Part shown: piece by piece, positions 40,078 through 54,201 of the stretch
Layout of the letters: the number at the start of each line of letters is the position of its first letter
How positions within the stretch are numbered: the first letter of the stretch is position 1
Assembly (NCBI RefSeq): GCF_020745735.1
Contig: NC_083429.1
Span: forward strand, 45,179,877-45,243,876
Length of the DNA stretch: 64,000 bases
DNA from: Hemiscyllium ocellatum
Lineage: Eukaryota
Direction of reading: 5' to 3'
Notes under the pieces: generated by a model
Database searches by the model: none
Told to the model about the DNA's origin: nothing
Seen by the model: the letters and a program-made list of their open reading frames with translations, nothing else
Position numbers and translations under genes: made by a program

Positions 40078-40319
40078 TCAATACAAAACTGAGCCAGCAG
40101 GATGGGACTGATACATGACACCACACTAAACACACACCGGCCTGGAAGTGCACCCAACAGCTATTGAATGTAAAACAGAACATTTGGATTCTGCAATCCT
40201 TTGTGGTTATTTCAAAAAGCAAAAGAGATATTGGATATTCAGTGACAGCTTCCAGCATTATAAGTGTGTTTCAATGGAAACAATTGAAAGTTAAACCTTT
40301 TGGAAAAATGATAACGTTA

Positions 40320-40640
40320 TCATGGTGGCTCAGTGGTTAGCACTGCTGCCCCACAGTAACAGGGACCTGGATTCAATTCCACCCTTGGGCAACTGTCTGT
40401 GTGGAGTTTGCACATTCCCCCTGTGTCTGCGTGGATTTCCTCTGGGTGCTCCGGCTTCCTCCCACAATCCAAAGATGTGCAGGTTAGCTGAATAGTTTGT
40501 GGCAAATTGCCCAGATCGTGTCCACGGATGTGCAGGCTAGGTGGATTAGCCATGGGAAACGTAGGGTTACAGGGGTAGGGTAGTGGTATGGGTCTGGGTA
40601 GGATGCTCTTCAGAAGGTCTATGAAAGCTCGATGGAAACA
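40320..40640 (+). mobile_element. HE1-type V-SINE in a TAGLN intron
   Basis: Consensus match. Confidence 0.82.
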
Positions 40641-41751
40641 GGGACACTATGATTCCTTATCTTTCAAAAAAAATCTTTTATTTATTCTACTGCACATCAT
40701 ATTTTCACGTAGTTTCATTTAACCCAGTTAGCTATGTAAAATCTGGTTACTCAGTTGGTGGACTAGGCACTAATTGCTGCCAAAAATCGGTTCAAATCAT
40801 TTGTGAATTTTAAAGCTGCATTGAAAATTATTCCTTTCCATTCCAAAATTACTGTCGCTTTCTGCAATTCTTATCATGAGAAATAAAGTTGGGTAGATTA
40901 GAAAACTCAAACAAACATCAGCACAAGCAGCAGCCTGGAGCACTCAACGCACAAAGCAGAGATTTTTCAAGGAGGTAAAGTTTGATATTTACCTCAAAAG
41001 TTTGTGTAATTATCATTGGAAAGCGAATGAGCTTCCCAAACGGTGGGTTCTACCCCAAGTAGGTCAGGAGATAACTTTAAAATGCAAAATAGTGGTCTCA
41101 GAGGCAGCAATGGCTACCGAAGAGCTGAGCATCAACAGATTTTAAATTCTCTAAAATAGTGGGTATGCCTAACTGATCATGGATCTTGAAAGTCTGATTC
41201 CCTTTCCTAAAATAAAACCTGCAGATCTCAACTCTTCAAAAATCAAATCCCTACTCTCAAAAACTTTCCCTTACCTTACCATTGGCTCTCACTCTGGGGT
41301 GATGGCACTTTAAGCCTGAAAATGATCAGTGGGAGAAAAAAAAACAAGAGCCATGATGTGATCATGCTCTTTGGATTTGCCTGGTCTTCATTTCATTAAC
41401 TGAAGAGTGCTCATTTGCTGATGTTATTTTGTGCTTACTTGCAGTTCCCTTCACCTCCACCTCACTGGGTGAGTAAGGGGAAACTGGCTGCTATGGGAAA
41501 CCCAACCAGTTAATCTGGGGTCTAGATAGTGTATGCCATTCACCAGATTGGGATCACTTACAAATATTTAACATGAAAGGGAGAAGGTAAAAGGGATAAA
41601 ATTAATGAATATGCAAGAGCGTACTGTAAACAATGATTCCCACTTCTAAAGCCCGTATAAAAGTAACAACTCTATATTTATAGAGATGCTCCCAGATGGT
41701 CACCAAGTTCATCATTAAATACAGAAGCCGTGAGTTCAAAAAGCACTATTA

Positions 41752-41970
<219 letters not shown>

Positions 41971-43724
41971 CTATAGATAGTTCAGAGCACAGTTACAGTT
42001 CATGATTAAGCAGACACCAATAAACTGGCGTGCTGTGGTCGTGTACCTACCTCTGACTCAGGGGGCCTGGACACAGGTCGCAACTGCTCCAGAGATATGA
42101 CATAACATCTCTGATCAGGGTGATTAAAATATCTACATTTCATTGGAATGCGTGCAAGAAATATGAAGTGCACACACCAAACCAAAATTCCAATGCCAGC
42201 CACAAAGGATGATCATTCATGTATTCTTGTTAATGGCATGGAGCACTCCAGTTACTCATACAGGGATCAGGGTTAAAAATAATAATCTGTAGACAAGGTG
42301 GGACGCAGCCCACAGTGAGGGTGAGAGATCCAAGACATCAATGCTACTTTATTGTATTCAGTATGAGCACCAAAGCCCCTATAAACTTCTATGGTTTTGT
42401 CTTGGTGGGCCTGGCTTCAAAATAAAAACAAAGTGGAAAAAGAAATTAGATGTTTAGGTTTTTTGGTGGTTGAGAAAGTAGGAACGTTGCTAGCTAATTG
42501 TAATCTATCAACGTCTCTTAAAATTTAAAGACAACTGACAAGAGAAGCTACAAAATTGTTTCTTCCTTCTCTGATGTACCAAAGATCTTGAACTCAGCCC
42601 AGTATAAATTCCAAGCAAGCTTACAATAAGGAATAGTGGAAATACTTGAAAAAGCAAAACGCTCACAGGCAGGAGAAGTGGGAGAACTAACTAGGTAGTT
42701 CTTGCAGAGTGACAGCACAGGCACAATGGGAGGAATGTCCTTCAGAGCTGTAAGCTTAAATGTATGACTTCACAAAATTCCATTGTGTCCATCCACCCAG
42801 TCCAGAACTTCTCTCTCTCCCCAAACGTTCATTCTAGCGTCCAAAGTTTGAGACGTGAAAACATGATTAGACTGGGGCTAAAATTTGGGAAGCACTTTAA
42901 GAACCAGGAGAAAACCATGATTCCACTTGAACAAGCCATGGCCAAAGTATTCTACCTCAACTCCACTCCCTCAATTGTCTAAAAATAATCTATTGAATCA
43001 TGATCTTGAACATATGAATGACTGAGTATTTGGAACCTTCTGGACAGTGACCAAAGACAGTTGAGTCATCTGTAGGAACTTTTCAAAGATCAAATTTTGC
43101 AGCATATAAAACTTGTAGAACGTATAATGAAAATGTGCCTACCACTTGCCTGATTTGATCTGCATATACCAGTAGTAATTTGCCAATTATATACTTTCCT
43201 CACCTTTTGGGAGATTATTTGGGCTGGATGATAACGCAAGGTGTTCCACATTCAGATTAATTGGGTTAGGTCTTGTAAATGGATCAAAACAGGAACTACA
43301 GCAGAGCTCAAACAGATTTTAAAATGGTTTCTTTCTGTTTCTCATCAGTTTTGCCTCTTAACAGATCCAACAGCTGCCTGTTGGGAGTCACTGGATAGAT
43401 TAATTAGCTTTTGTCCACATGTAGAAAGTTCCCCACATGATCAATGGTGTTAAAAAGTTCATCTAACTACCTTAATACTGACATATGGATTTACACTCAA
43501 AGCTCCACAATAGCTATGGAGATACAGCTAAATTGAAAGCGAATAATCATACTGCTCAAGTGGATGTGCAAGGTGTGAGGGGCTTAACCTTTCATTACAA
43601 TATTAACAGAGAGATTATTTAAAACAAAAACAATCACTGAATAGATTTTTAATTGAAAATGTAACCAAGCCAAAGGCTTTGATTAGCTTAAAATTAACAC
43701 AACCTTGAAACTTCGGATACTCAC

Positions 43725-43904
43725 TGTGCCATCCTTAAGCCAAGCTTGGAACCCCATTCTTCCTGGCTCAGGTCGCCCCACACTCGCCCCACACTGAGCA
43801 ATAATCCACTCCACTAGCCGCTCCTCCAGTTCAGGTTCATACTTCTTCTCAATCTTGTTCCGAATGTCCCTACTAAGTCCGAAAGCAGGTCCCTGATTGG
43901 CCAT
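43725..43904 (-). CDS. TAGLN: Transgelin (SM22-alpha) first coding exon; the exon extends to 43923 with 19 nt of 5'UTR
   Basis: [39 protein letters not shown]...WLKDGT. Acceptor ccacag at 43924-43929 with upstream CTAAC, donor GTGAGT at 43724. 180 coding nt. Confidence 0.97.
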
Positions 43905-44609
43905 GTTTATCAGTAAGGTATACCTGTGGATGAAGTAGAGCAGGAAGAGAGTTAGGGACTATTTTTAGGAAGGCTTGAATTTACAAAAAACTTTTCCTCA
44001 TGGGATGCTCACAGGCAATTAAACATCAAATGTAGCCATTGTTGGTGATCTTTTGCCAGTGGTACTGCCCCTACTTCTGAGCCAGGAGACCTGGGTCAAA
44101 GGTCCCACATCAATTAAAAAAATAGGTGCCATTACAGGTCAATACTTAAGGTAGCACTGTTGCATCTTTGACATTAAAACTGTCAATATGGACTCAAGTT
44201 TTTACAAGTAGCAATATGATAATATTTTGATTTTGAGAGAGATACCAATTGAGGGATAAATACTGGAGAGGTTTAGTTAGCTCAGTTGGCAGGATGGCTG
44301 GTTAAAACAATGACTGCAGATGCTGGAAACCAGATTCTGGATCAGTGGTGCTGGAAGAGCACAGCAGTTCAGGCAGCATCCAACGAGCAGGGAAAAATCG
44401 ACGTTTCGGGTAAAAGCCATCAATAGCTGGTTTGCAATGCAGAGCGCTATTGATAGTGTGGGTTCAATTCTCATACTGGCTGAGGTTACCATGAAGAATG
44501 CTCCTTCTCAACCTCCTTTCCCCCTTGCCTGAGGTGTGGTGACTCTCTCTCTCTATCTCTATCTAATGAAAAGGTAATCCTAAAGATCTGGTAGGACTAA
44601 AAATGACCA

Positions 44610-44860
44610 TCTTTAAATACTGGCCACAAATCAGAGATAACTCCCCTTTTCTGAGAAATAAAGATTTTTTTGCAACCAACTAATCAGACAGATGGGACTT
44701 GGTTAAAATGTCTCATTCAACAGACAGTAGCTCTAGTAGCACAGAGCTCCCTCAGTGCTAGACTGAAGTGGCAGTCTTAATTACTGTGTTCTTTGGAGTG
44801 GGGTTTGAACCTTGGTGCTCCACAGAAGAGAGTACTACTAACTGAACCACTACTGACACA
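44610..44860 (-). mobile_element. Ancient Deu-domain SINE (SacSINE1/AmnSINE-like); another copy is split by the Penelope-like element (7350-7645 + 10432-10565)
   Basis: Reverse strand GCACTGAGGGAGCTCTGTGCTACTAGAGCTACTGTCTGTTGAATGAGACATTTTAACC resembles the Deu core (from recall). Confidence 0.5.
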
Positions 44861-45094
44861 CTGGAGACTTAACCAGAGCCAAGAATAACATACAGCAATT
44901 CAAATACACATTTATGAACATATGAAACTTAGCAGGTCAGTGCCTCAGCCTACTCAACATTTATACAGCACACTTAAACACAGTACAGCATCTCAATGGG
45001 CTGAAGTTGGGGGGCAGATGGAGTTTAACCTAGCTAACTGTGAAGTGTTGCATTGTGATTAAGCAAGTCAGGCCAGAACATATACATCAAGAGA

Positions 45095-45327
45095 CAGTGA
45101 GGATTGCAGATGCTGGAGATCAGAATTTTTTTAAAAAGTGGCACGCTGGAAAAGCGCAGCTGGTCAGGCAGCATCCAAGGAGCAATGAGTTAACATTTCA
45201 GGCATAAGCCCTTCATCAGGGATGTTCTTGCTGTTCCAGACATTCCTGAAGGGAATATGCCCGATCAACTCTCCTGCTCCTAGGATGCTACCTAGCCTGC
45301 TGTTCTTTTCCAGCACCACATTCTTCG
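45095..45327. mobile_element. Older fold-back family A insertion inside a CR1 fragment; a further fragment at ~45515-45610
   Basis: Two inverted pLTR copies, flanked by ACATATACATCAAGA / ACATATATAGCAAGA. Confidence 0.65.
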
Positions 45328-46751
45328 ACATATATAGCAAGACCCTGAGGAGTGATACCAAACAAGAGACCTTGGAATGCAAGTGTATAACTCCTTCAAA
45401 GTGGAGTCAGAGGTAGACAGGGTGGTAAAGGCATTTGGGACACTTTCCTTTATTGGTCAGTGCATGGAGTATAGGAGTTGGGATGTCATGTTGTGGCTGT
45501 ACAGACATTGCCTAGATTAGAGTGGTGCTGGAAAAGCACAGCCGGTCTGGCAGCATCCGAGGAGCAGGGAAATCGACATTTCAGGCAAAAGCCCTTCATC
45601 ATTCCTGATGCAACAAGGTGAATGATGGAGAGGGGACTTTTAAGAAGGTCCAAGACTCTGAAAGGACGCAACGGCAAGATATCTTTGTATAGTTGGTGTA
45701 AAGAGGAATGGGTGACTGGTAGGTAAAGATGAAGCAGTGATGAACATGCATTGTGGTGACCCTAGATAAAACAGCATAACTGGAAGAGCACGGCAGAAAC
45801 TATGGAAGCTCAAAAGTTTGATAAATTAAAAATAGTAAGACAGGAAAATAGCAATTCACTACACAACCCCATCATCACAAACCATCCCATTTCTCCAAAA
45901 AAAATGTGATTCATTAGATAAGAGGTGTATTTTATTCTACAGACCTATCTCCACCTGTCTTCATTTCTAAAGATTTAGGCTCACACTGACAAGTACTCTT
46001 CCTATAAAAGACTTTGCTGTACTATATAGATCCTGTACATAAGTAACAATATTGACACATTACGAACTGTGGTGAAATTTAAATAATAACTGCTTAGCTA
46101 CTGGTATTTAATTACAAATGATTAACATTTAACTCACTTTGATTTGCATTCTTACTTGCAACTCACTGCAAGGAACTGAGTTTCAAAAAGACAAATATCA
46201 TTCCAAACAAGTTGCCACATCAGAATAATGTTGGGTATGACAGTGAGATATATGCAATCCAAGTTCAACTGGAAATAATTTCCTCATGACAGTTTTGCAA
46301 ATGAGAAAATAGCTGTGAACATGAAGCTTGTTTTTTCTATTACACTGCCTCATGCTGCTATCAACATGAGAATATAGGACCACATATCCACATATTTCAA
46401 GTGTTGGTCAAGATCAGTTGCACTTGTAATCCTCCAATGCGTTCATTAGTTCTTTCAACTGAACAACCACATTGTTTTGCTATGTCTAGCCATTAGTACG
46501 TCTTTAAAAAAGAGAAGTCTTCTTGAAATCGCCACTGTATTGCAGCATGAACATAAAGATCTCATACTCCATCCTACCTCTGATTATTTAAAGCATGGCA
46601 TTCTACTTGAAGTTTGCTCCTCTATTGCAAACCAAAAACTTAACATTAGCCCAGACACTTATGTTCCTGGGGAATGGCATATCTATACTTAATAGTGATA
46701 GTAAATACCTGTTGGATTCTTTGATACCATAATACCCAGTTTATTAAAACA

Positions 46752-47567
46752 TCAGGATCTTGATCAGATGGGCCAATCGGCCGAAAAGTGGCAGATGGAG
46801 TTTAATTCAGATAAATACAAAAATGGGAAAGCAGGCCTTATACACTTAATGGTAAGGTCGTAGGGAGTGTTGCTGAACAAAGAGACCTTGGAGTGCAGGT
46901 TCAAGGCTCCTTGAAAGTGGAGTCTCAGGTAGATAGGATAGTGAAGAAGGTGTTTGGTATGCTTTCCTTTATTGGTCAGAGTATTGAGTACAGGAGTAGG
47001 GAGGTCATGTTGCAGCTGTACAGGACATTGGTTAGGCCACTGTTGGAATATTGCGTGTAATTCTGGTCTCCTTCCTATTGGAAAGATGTTGTGAAACTTG
47101 AAAGGATTTACAAGGATGTTACCAAGGTTGCAGGATTTGACCTACGGGGAGAGGCTGAACAGGCTGGGGCTTTATTCCCTGGAGCATCGGAAGCTGAGGG
47201 GTGACCTTACAGAGGTTTATAAAATTAAGAGGGGCGTGAATAGGATAAATAGGCAAAGTCTTTTCCCTGGGGTCATGGTGTCCAGAACTAGGGGGCATAG
47301 GGGAAAGATATAAAAAAGAGACCTAAGGGGCAATGTTTTCACGCAGAGAGTGGTACGTGTGTGGAATGAGCTGCCAGAGGAAGTGATGGAGGCTGGTACA
47401 ATTGAAACATTAAAAAGGCATTTGGATGGGTATATGAATAGGAAGGGTTTGGAGGGATATGGGCCGTTTGCTGGCAGGTGGGACTAGATTGGGTTGGGAT
47501 ATCTGGTCGGCATGGACAGGTTGGACTGAAGGGTCTGTTTCTGTGCTGTACATCTCTATGACTCTAT
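46752..47567 (+). mobile_element. CR1/HER1-like LINE 3' fragment
   Basis: RT C-terminal remnants (ERLNRLGLYSLEHRKLRGDL) and the same tail. Confidence 0.9.
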
Positions 47568-48964
47568 AAACATTGACATCAGCTAAAACCACCTTGAAGG
47601 CAAATTCAATTTTTGTTTCACTGGATATTTGCAAATAGTCAAATATGTCACAATGGGCAATGGTCAAACTTTCGCTGCTCGTTGGATGCTGCCTGAACTG
47701 CTGTGCTCTTCCAGCACCACTGATCCAGAATCTGGTTTCCAGCATCTGCAGTCAGTGGTTTTACCTAATGATCAAACTTTGCAGATCAACCATCTAACAC
47801 CTGAAACATTCCTCGGCTCTGGTTAGCAGTAAACAGAAAAGGAGTTTAGTTGTTAATGGCAGTGCAGAGAGAAGAGGCAGGAGGTTACATCAATGGGCTT
47901 TTTCAGACTGGAAGATGGGGAAACAAGTCATAATTATTTTTCTAGATAAAGTTTATGGAAATGCTTCACAGGCTATGGTTAATTTGAACTGTGGAATCTC
48001 AAATTAATTTTTTTAAAAATCTGAACAAAATGTTCAGGAACATCATCTTCTTAGAAAAAGAGGCAAAAAAAAGGAAATAACATCCAGATGTTGTAATTAA
48101 AACAAGCCATTTCTTACCCCTCACTGAGAACCACTGGATGCTAAAAACAAAGTGAATAATGGGTTAGACTGAATGAGTTTAGGAGGGTAGGGTGGGTCTT
48201 TGTTATTTTCTGCTAACCTGACTTGTCCTGATATTGCCATCAAGGGAAATGATTGCACAAGGTCAAATGAATCTTAGCACCGGAAATTGATAACTAAACC
48301 AGTAGTTATTTTGGGACATGCAAATAATGGAAAAGGTCAAAAAACACATCAGAAAATAAGTGGCTTTCAATCTCCAAACAGCGTCAGAACTGCTTTTGCA
48401 TAATTAAAAATGCAACATCCATACAATGAACACACTATCAACTGACTGCATCTAGGATATAATAAAAGAGGTAGAGATTTAAAAAGGTCTATTTCTTTCC
48501 TCTCAGAGATGTTTGTGACAGGTGACTTAATTTAAACTCCTAGTTCCCCTTTCGTTGACACAACATCCTGTGCACAATTTGACAACTCCCAGTTAAGATC
48601 CTGACATTTAAACAAGAAAGAAAAACATTTGAAATTATAAGAAACAAAAAAAACTTGCCAAGCCAGGGTGGGCTAGTGATTTGAAAACCTTTTACACACA
48701 TTTCTGAAAACCAAAACTTCATTCAAGTAATTGGAAATCTGAGTGCAAGCACTAAACTCCTCCTCCTGAACAATTCCAAATCAAAAAGAGCCCACAATAG
48801 CTTGAACAAGATCTATTTTGCATTGAAAGATTGAATTAGAGAAGATAATAGAATATAAGAGATTTTGAATATCATGATCATTGCACCTTATTGCAGTAGT
48901 TAGAGTCACAAGTGGAAGATCTTGGACTTATAAATACAAGGAACCATCAGTGTGCCGATAATAT

Positions 48965-49443
48965 GGGGCAGCACAGTGGTTAACACTGCTGCCTCAAGGC
49001 ACCAGGGACCTAAGTTCGATTCCCACCCTTGGGTGACTGTGTGGAGTTTACACATTCTCCCCGTGTCTGCATGGGATTCCTCTGGATTGTGGGAGGAAAC
49101 TGGAGCACCCAAAGATGTGCAGGCCAGATGAATTGGCCATGCTAAATTGCCCATAGTATTAGATGATTCTGGATCAGTGGTGCTGGAAGACCTGTCTTTT
49201 GCCCGAAACGCTGATTTCACTGCTCATTGGATGCTGCCTGAACTGCTGTGGTCTTCCAGCACCACTGATCCAGAATCTGGTTTCCAGCATCTGCAATCAT
49301 TGTTTTTTACCCCATAGTATTAGATGCATTAGTCAGGGGTATAGAGTACAATATTGGGTCTGGGTGGATTACCCTTTGAAGGGTCAGTGTGGAATTGTTA
49401 GGCCGAAGGGCCCGTTTCCATACCGTAGGGAATTTAATCTAAT
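48965..49443 (+). mobile_element. HE1-type V-SINE interrupted by a Penelope-like mini-insertion (49166-49310)
   Basis: The SINE sequence resumes after the 16-bp duplication CCCATAGTATTAGATG. Confidence 0.85.
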
Positions 49444-50051
49444 AGTGCAAAACCTCGATGCAATACTCTTAAGATGGAAGTTATTTATACCCATGCCCTA
49501 TTTTAAAGTTGTGTACATAAGTTTATCAGCCATTTTCTTGAAAAGGGTTGCTGCTAAATATCAGAAGAGATCAGCTACACTGATAAGATACTCCTGTCTA
49601 TTCCAAAGGCAAAGAATAGCTATTTAGATGAATAGCTCCTTTAAGACACTAGCCAAAGTCAGCCATATCTTCACACAATCACATTCTAATCCATTTGTTG
49701 GGATACAAAGCAATGTTGAATTGCTGGTCTGAACAATCAGGGAACAAAAAAGTTGCACAACATCAACATATTAACATCTAAAAAGAAAGTCCTGATGCTC
49801 TGCAAAATCCTGAAGATGCTGGAAATCTGAAACAAAACAGAATGCTGGAGAAACTCAGCAGGTCCGACAACTGAAGAATTCAGATCTGATTCAAATCATT
49901 CTGGACTCAAAACATGCATTGTTTCTCTCCTCACAGATTCTGCCAGACCTGCTGAGTTTCTCCAGCATTCTCCATACTTGTTTCTGATGCTTAGAAGTTG
50001 ACCTGAAAACCACATCTTTCTCTGATCACAGATGCTGCCTGAACAACTGTT

Positions 50052-50360
50052 CGGCATGGTGGCACAGTGGTTAGCACTGCTGTCTCACAGCGCCTGAGAC
50101 CTGGGTTCAATTCTCGCCTCAGGCGACTGAATGTGTGGAGTTTGCACGTTCTCCCCGTGTCTGCGTGGGTTTCCTCCGGGTGCTCCGGTTTCCTCCCACA
50201 GTCTAAAGACGTGCGGGTCAGGTGAATTGGCCATGCTAAATTGCCCGTAGTGTTAGGCGAGGGGCAAATGTAGGGGTATGGGTGGGTTTTGCTTCGGCGG
50301 GTTGGTGTGGACTTGTTGGGCCGAAGGGCTTGTTTCCACACTAAGTAATATAATCTAATC
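50052..50360 (+). mobile_element. HE1-type V-SINE, young copy
   Basis: Consensus match. Confidence 0.9.
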
Positions 50361-51903
50361 TTTTCTGTTTCATTCAGCAGTATTTTAAAACTTGGAAATA
50401 AATGCACCTCTGACAGTTACCACCACTTTCCCCAGGCTTAGGAGCTGACAAGAGATCAAGTAATGACAGCAAGCTTACAGTCAGCAAGTACTAGGTGCTT
50501 CTGCCATCTGAGGTAAGAGAAGGATATAGGCTGATGACATACACATTACCATAAAAGATTGTCTCTCAATGGATGTGTGACAGTTAGCATAAAAACAATT
50601 ATAAATTCTACAATAAATCAGCTATTCACTTTTTAAGAGTGAATTTTGTCTAATGGATCAATAAGTAAAATAGCAGCCCTGAAGATTCAGCTAGGATTAT
50701 CTATTGTAAGACACCAAAACCCAAGTAAACAGAATTGGGGTACTGTTCCATGTACACTGACATCACAACCATTTTCCCTGCTTTTGAACTTCAAGTTGCA
50801 ATTAATTCAACTGCAGAGGCAAATCATAACAGAGCTCAATCCTGGAGGTTTTAAAAATGATGGAAGGGAGTGGACTCAGATCGATTTATGTATGTATCCT
50901 TGAAGCCATGAGAGTCGAGGCAAAAAGACTACAGTGGATGCTGAATGCCTCTGGCACAGACGGGCCATGGGTTTAGATTTACTGCGATCCTTTAACAGGA
51001 GAAATGTCACAGTTTTGAGTCAAAGAAGCTGTTTGCATTGATAGATGGCAAGTTGCCATTAGTTGTGAAAGTTACAGGCTACCACATTCCATGTTCTTGT
51101 GGCATTCACTGCCATTTTGCAGGCAATTGCAGAATTAGGGTAGTAAATAAGAGGGCTAAGTTGCAGGTCAGATCGATATTTTCCAACACCCCCTTCCATC
51201 TGTGCATCGAGTTTCCAGCAATAGTCACTGGATTACAATCCAAAACTGATTTGCTGCAGCCCAGACTAGAGACAATGGAGACTGATTGCAGCAATGTGGA
51301 CTGCATCCATTGTGAAAGTGGTTGTCTCTCAATGCTCCAACCAGGGACTGTCAAATCTAGACGACGCCACTGTTTCTGCATCAGAGTCCCTAGACTTCCT
51401 GAATCATGGATGTTTTGGTTTCAGAACATTTGAAAACTATTGCAAAATTATGGCCTTCAAATTTTTTGACCTTGTCGCGATTATAGTTTATAATATGGCT
51501 TGCTCTACTGGCCTTGATGTGTCTCAAAGTTTCCTACTTGATACTCCATACAGCTGATTAATCTAGTACAAAGTAAGGTTGTTAACATAGGGATCCGCAT
51601 AGATCGCCATTTAATTCTACAGCTACCAATGTCCTGGAAGCTGTTAATCCCATGTCAACTCTGCAGAGAACAAAACTGACCAACCAGTAAATCTATTCAG
51701 AGCACCAATCTTTAATATTGGAGAATCAAAAGCTTTCCAAAACCAATCTCTAATGCCTGTGCCCATTTAGACCATGCAAAAGACCGACCCTACTTCAGTT
51801 TTAATGAAAGCATCGAGTTATGAGCACCAACTTGATCATGGAGTGCATTAAATGTTGCAACATGACCTACCAGACTTCACAGGCAAAACTGACATACCAA
51901 GCT

Positions 51904-52190
51904 GGCATGGTGGCACCAGCGCCAGAGACCCGGGTTCAATTCCCGCCTCAGGTGACTGAATGTGTGGAGTTTGCACGTTCTCCCTGTGTCTGCGTGGGTT
52001 TCCTCCGGGTGCTCCGGTTTCCTCCCACAGTCCAAAGATGTGTGGGTCAGGTGAATTGGTCATGCTAAATTGCCCATAGTGTTAGGTAGTAGGTAAAATG
52101 TAGGGGTAGGGGTGGGTTGCGCCTCGGCGGGTCGGTGTGGACTTGTTGGGCCGAAGGGCCTGTTTCCACACTAAGTAATCTAACCTAATC
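51904..52190 (+). mobile_element. HE1-type V-SINE with a deletion in the tRNA head
   Basis: Consensus match. Confidence 0.87.
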
Positions 52191-54166
52191 AACCAAGCCA
52201 CATAAGGAGATGCAAGGACAATTGACCAAAAAAGTGTGGTCATGACTGAGGTTACAATATCATGAAAAAAAAAGTGTTCTCGCCTTGTTCTCCTCTTGCA
52301 TGCTCACCCTCTCCAGAATGTTGCTGAAACCAGTCTCTATTTAGAACACTAGGTGTACATGTAACATTACTGGGAATGTGGTGCAGCAGAATCAGTATCA
52401 CTGAACTCCTGTAGAATTCACATTCAGTTATTGAAACTGGGAATAGAAGACTAGTTCCAGGAACTAGATGGAAGAATTTATAACTTCTTGGAGAGGAGGA
52501 GGCCAAATGCAGATCTGATAGACGTTTTCAAAATCGTGAGCAGGCTGAATAAGATATTTCAGCTCATAAAAAGGAACTAAACAGTTGAGAAAAAAACTCA
52601 ATAAGTAGTAAGCTTATAAAATGCACTGTTATGAAATGTGGTGGACAAGCAGGAGGCTGGAAGAACACAACAAGCCAGGTAGCATCATGTAGTGGAGAAG
52701 TTAACCGTCTGGGAGTGTGGGGGTGGATGTGGTGGTGAGGGGTGCTGCAGATAAAGGAGGGCGGCAGGGAGGGCAGGGTGGTGCTGAGGCATTCAGGGTG
52801 ACGTTGGATGAATATTTGAATAGAAATTGTGAGCAAGGATCTAGAGGAAAGGCAGGAGATTGACCTTAGGTAATCAGCGCAGGCACAACGGGCTGCAACA
52901 ATACAATGATTATACGGCCATGAAGCCATCAATTGTTGTAACACAAAAGTCAATAATGTCTTTTAGGGAAGGGACTCTGCCATCTTTACCTGGTCTGCAT
53001 ACCCACAGCAACACAATTGACTTTTATAACAACAACTCCTGCAATGGAGCAACAAACTGCCCAGCCACTTAGGGATGGATAAGTAATACTGAACTCATCA
53101 TTGCCACCCACAGACTATATAATAAATTGAGAGAAATTGCCCCTCCTCTATGGAAGTCAGGATCTGTGCTCTGTCAGCACCTTGCCACAGGAACAGGGTG
53201 CGACTCCAATCTATCTCCAGGAAGAAGGGGAGAGAAAAGATCAAATTCCACAGTTGTGGCTAGTAGGCTGGCCCACTCAGCATCTGCAGTCCTCACTTTT
53301 GCCTGGCCCACTCAGTGCTGAGTTACAAAAGTGAGGTGGTGTAGGGGACCATAAATGGTACGGACATGATAAATCACAGCATGAGGCTTTTAAAAGCAAC
53401 ATTTGATGTGGTTTAAAACCTCCTCACGCAGTGACCCAGAGTTTTACAGTCTCACTGTGAAACGCATAATACACCCAAAGCCTCGATGTATTAAGGAACC
53501 GGTTAACATCAATTTTAAGATATACAAATAGTTTTTTTTTCAAAAAAAAAAGGAATGTCAATCAAAATGTCTGGATCGATGCCAGTTCAACAACTTGCAT
53601 TTAACCTTTAAAACATAAAATCATCTAAGGATGATGATAAAAATACAAATGGATGAAACGTGGGAGATGTGAGTTTGTTAAAAGGTGGACAGAGGAACCC
53701 AAAGTTTTAGGGAGGGAGAGAGCGAAAGGTTACAGGGGGCAATAGTGGAAAGGAACTTGCTGTCCAATGTGGGGACTTGGAGGGCAGGGAGAGAGCCATC
53801 CCAGATCACAAGAGTAAGAACTTCGAGACACAAGAGGATATGCACGGAATTATTTAAAACTTAAATACTTAGCCATCACAGTAAATGTTTAAGCTTTGTG
53901 CAGGGGATTGACTTTGGGTAATAGAATCGGCGCAGGCACGATGGGCTGAATGGTCTTCTGTGCACCAAAGATTGAGATCACTAAGTCATCAACTGTCGTA
54001 AAAATCCATCTGGTTCACTAATGTCCTTTAGGGAAGGAAATGTGCCAGCCGTACTCGGTATTTAAACTTTGTTTAAAAAGTGAGGTCTGCAGATGCTGGA
54101 GATCAGAGCTGAAAATGTATTGCTGGTTAAAGCGCAGCAGGTCAGGCAGCATCCAAGGAACAGGAA

Positions 54167-54201
54167 ATTCGATGTTTCGGGCCAGAGCCCTTCATCAGGA
54201 A
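54167..54201 (-). ncRNA. Minimal hammerhead motif (family A), sense to TAGLN intron 1
   Basis: Reverse strand TTC-CTGATGA-A-GGGC TCTG GCCC-GAAACATC-GAAT; stem I TTC/GAA pairs. Confidence 0.66.

Noticed and set aside
50900-51560. Overlapping ORFs in non-repetitive-looking sequence of TAGLN intron 1
   Set aside because: No recognisable protein motif or convincing splice sites. It might be an old transposon remnant; a tBLASTx search would be needed.
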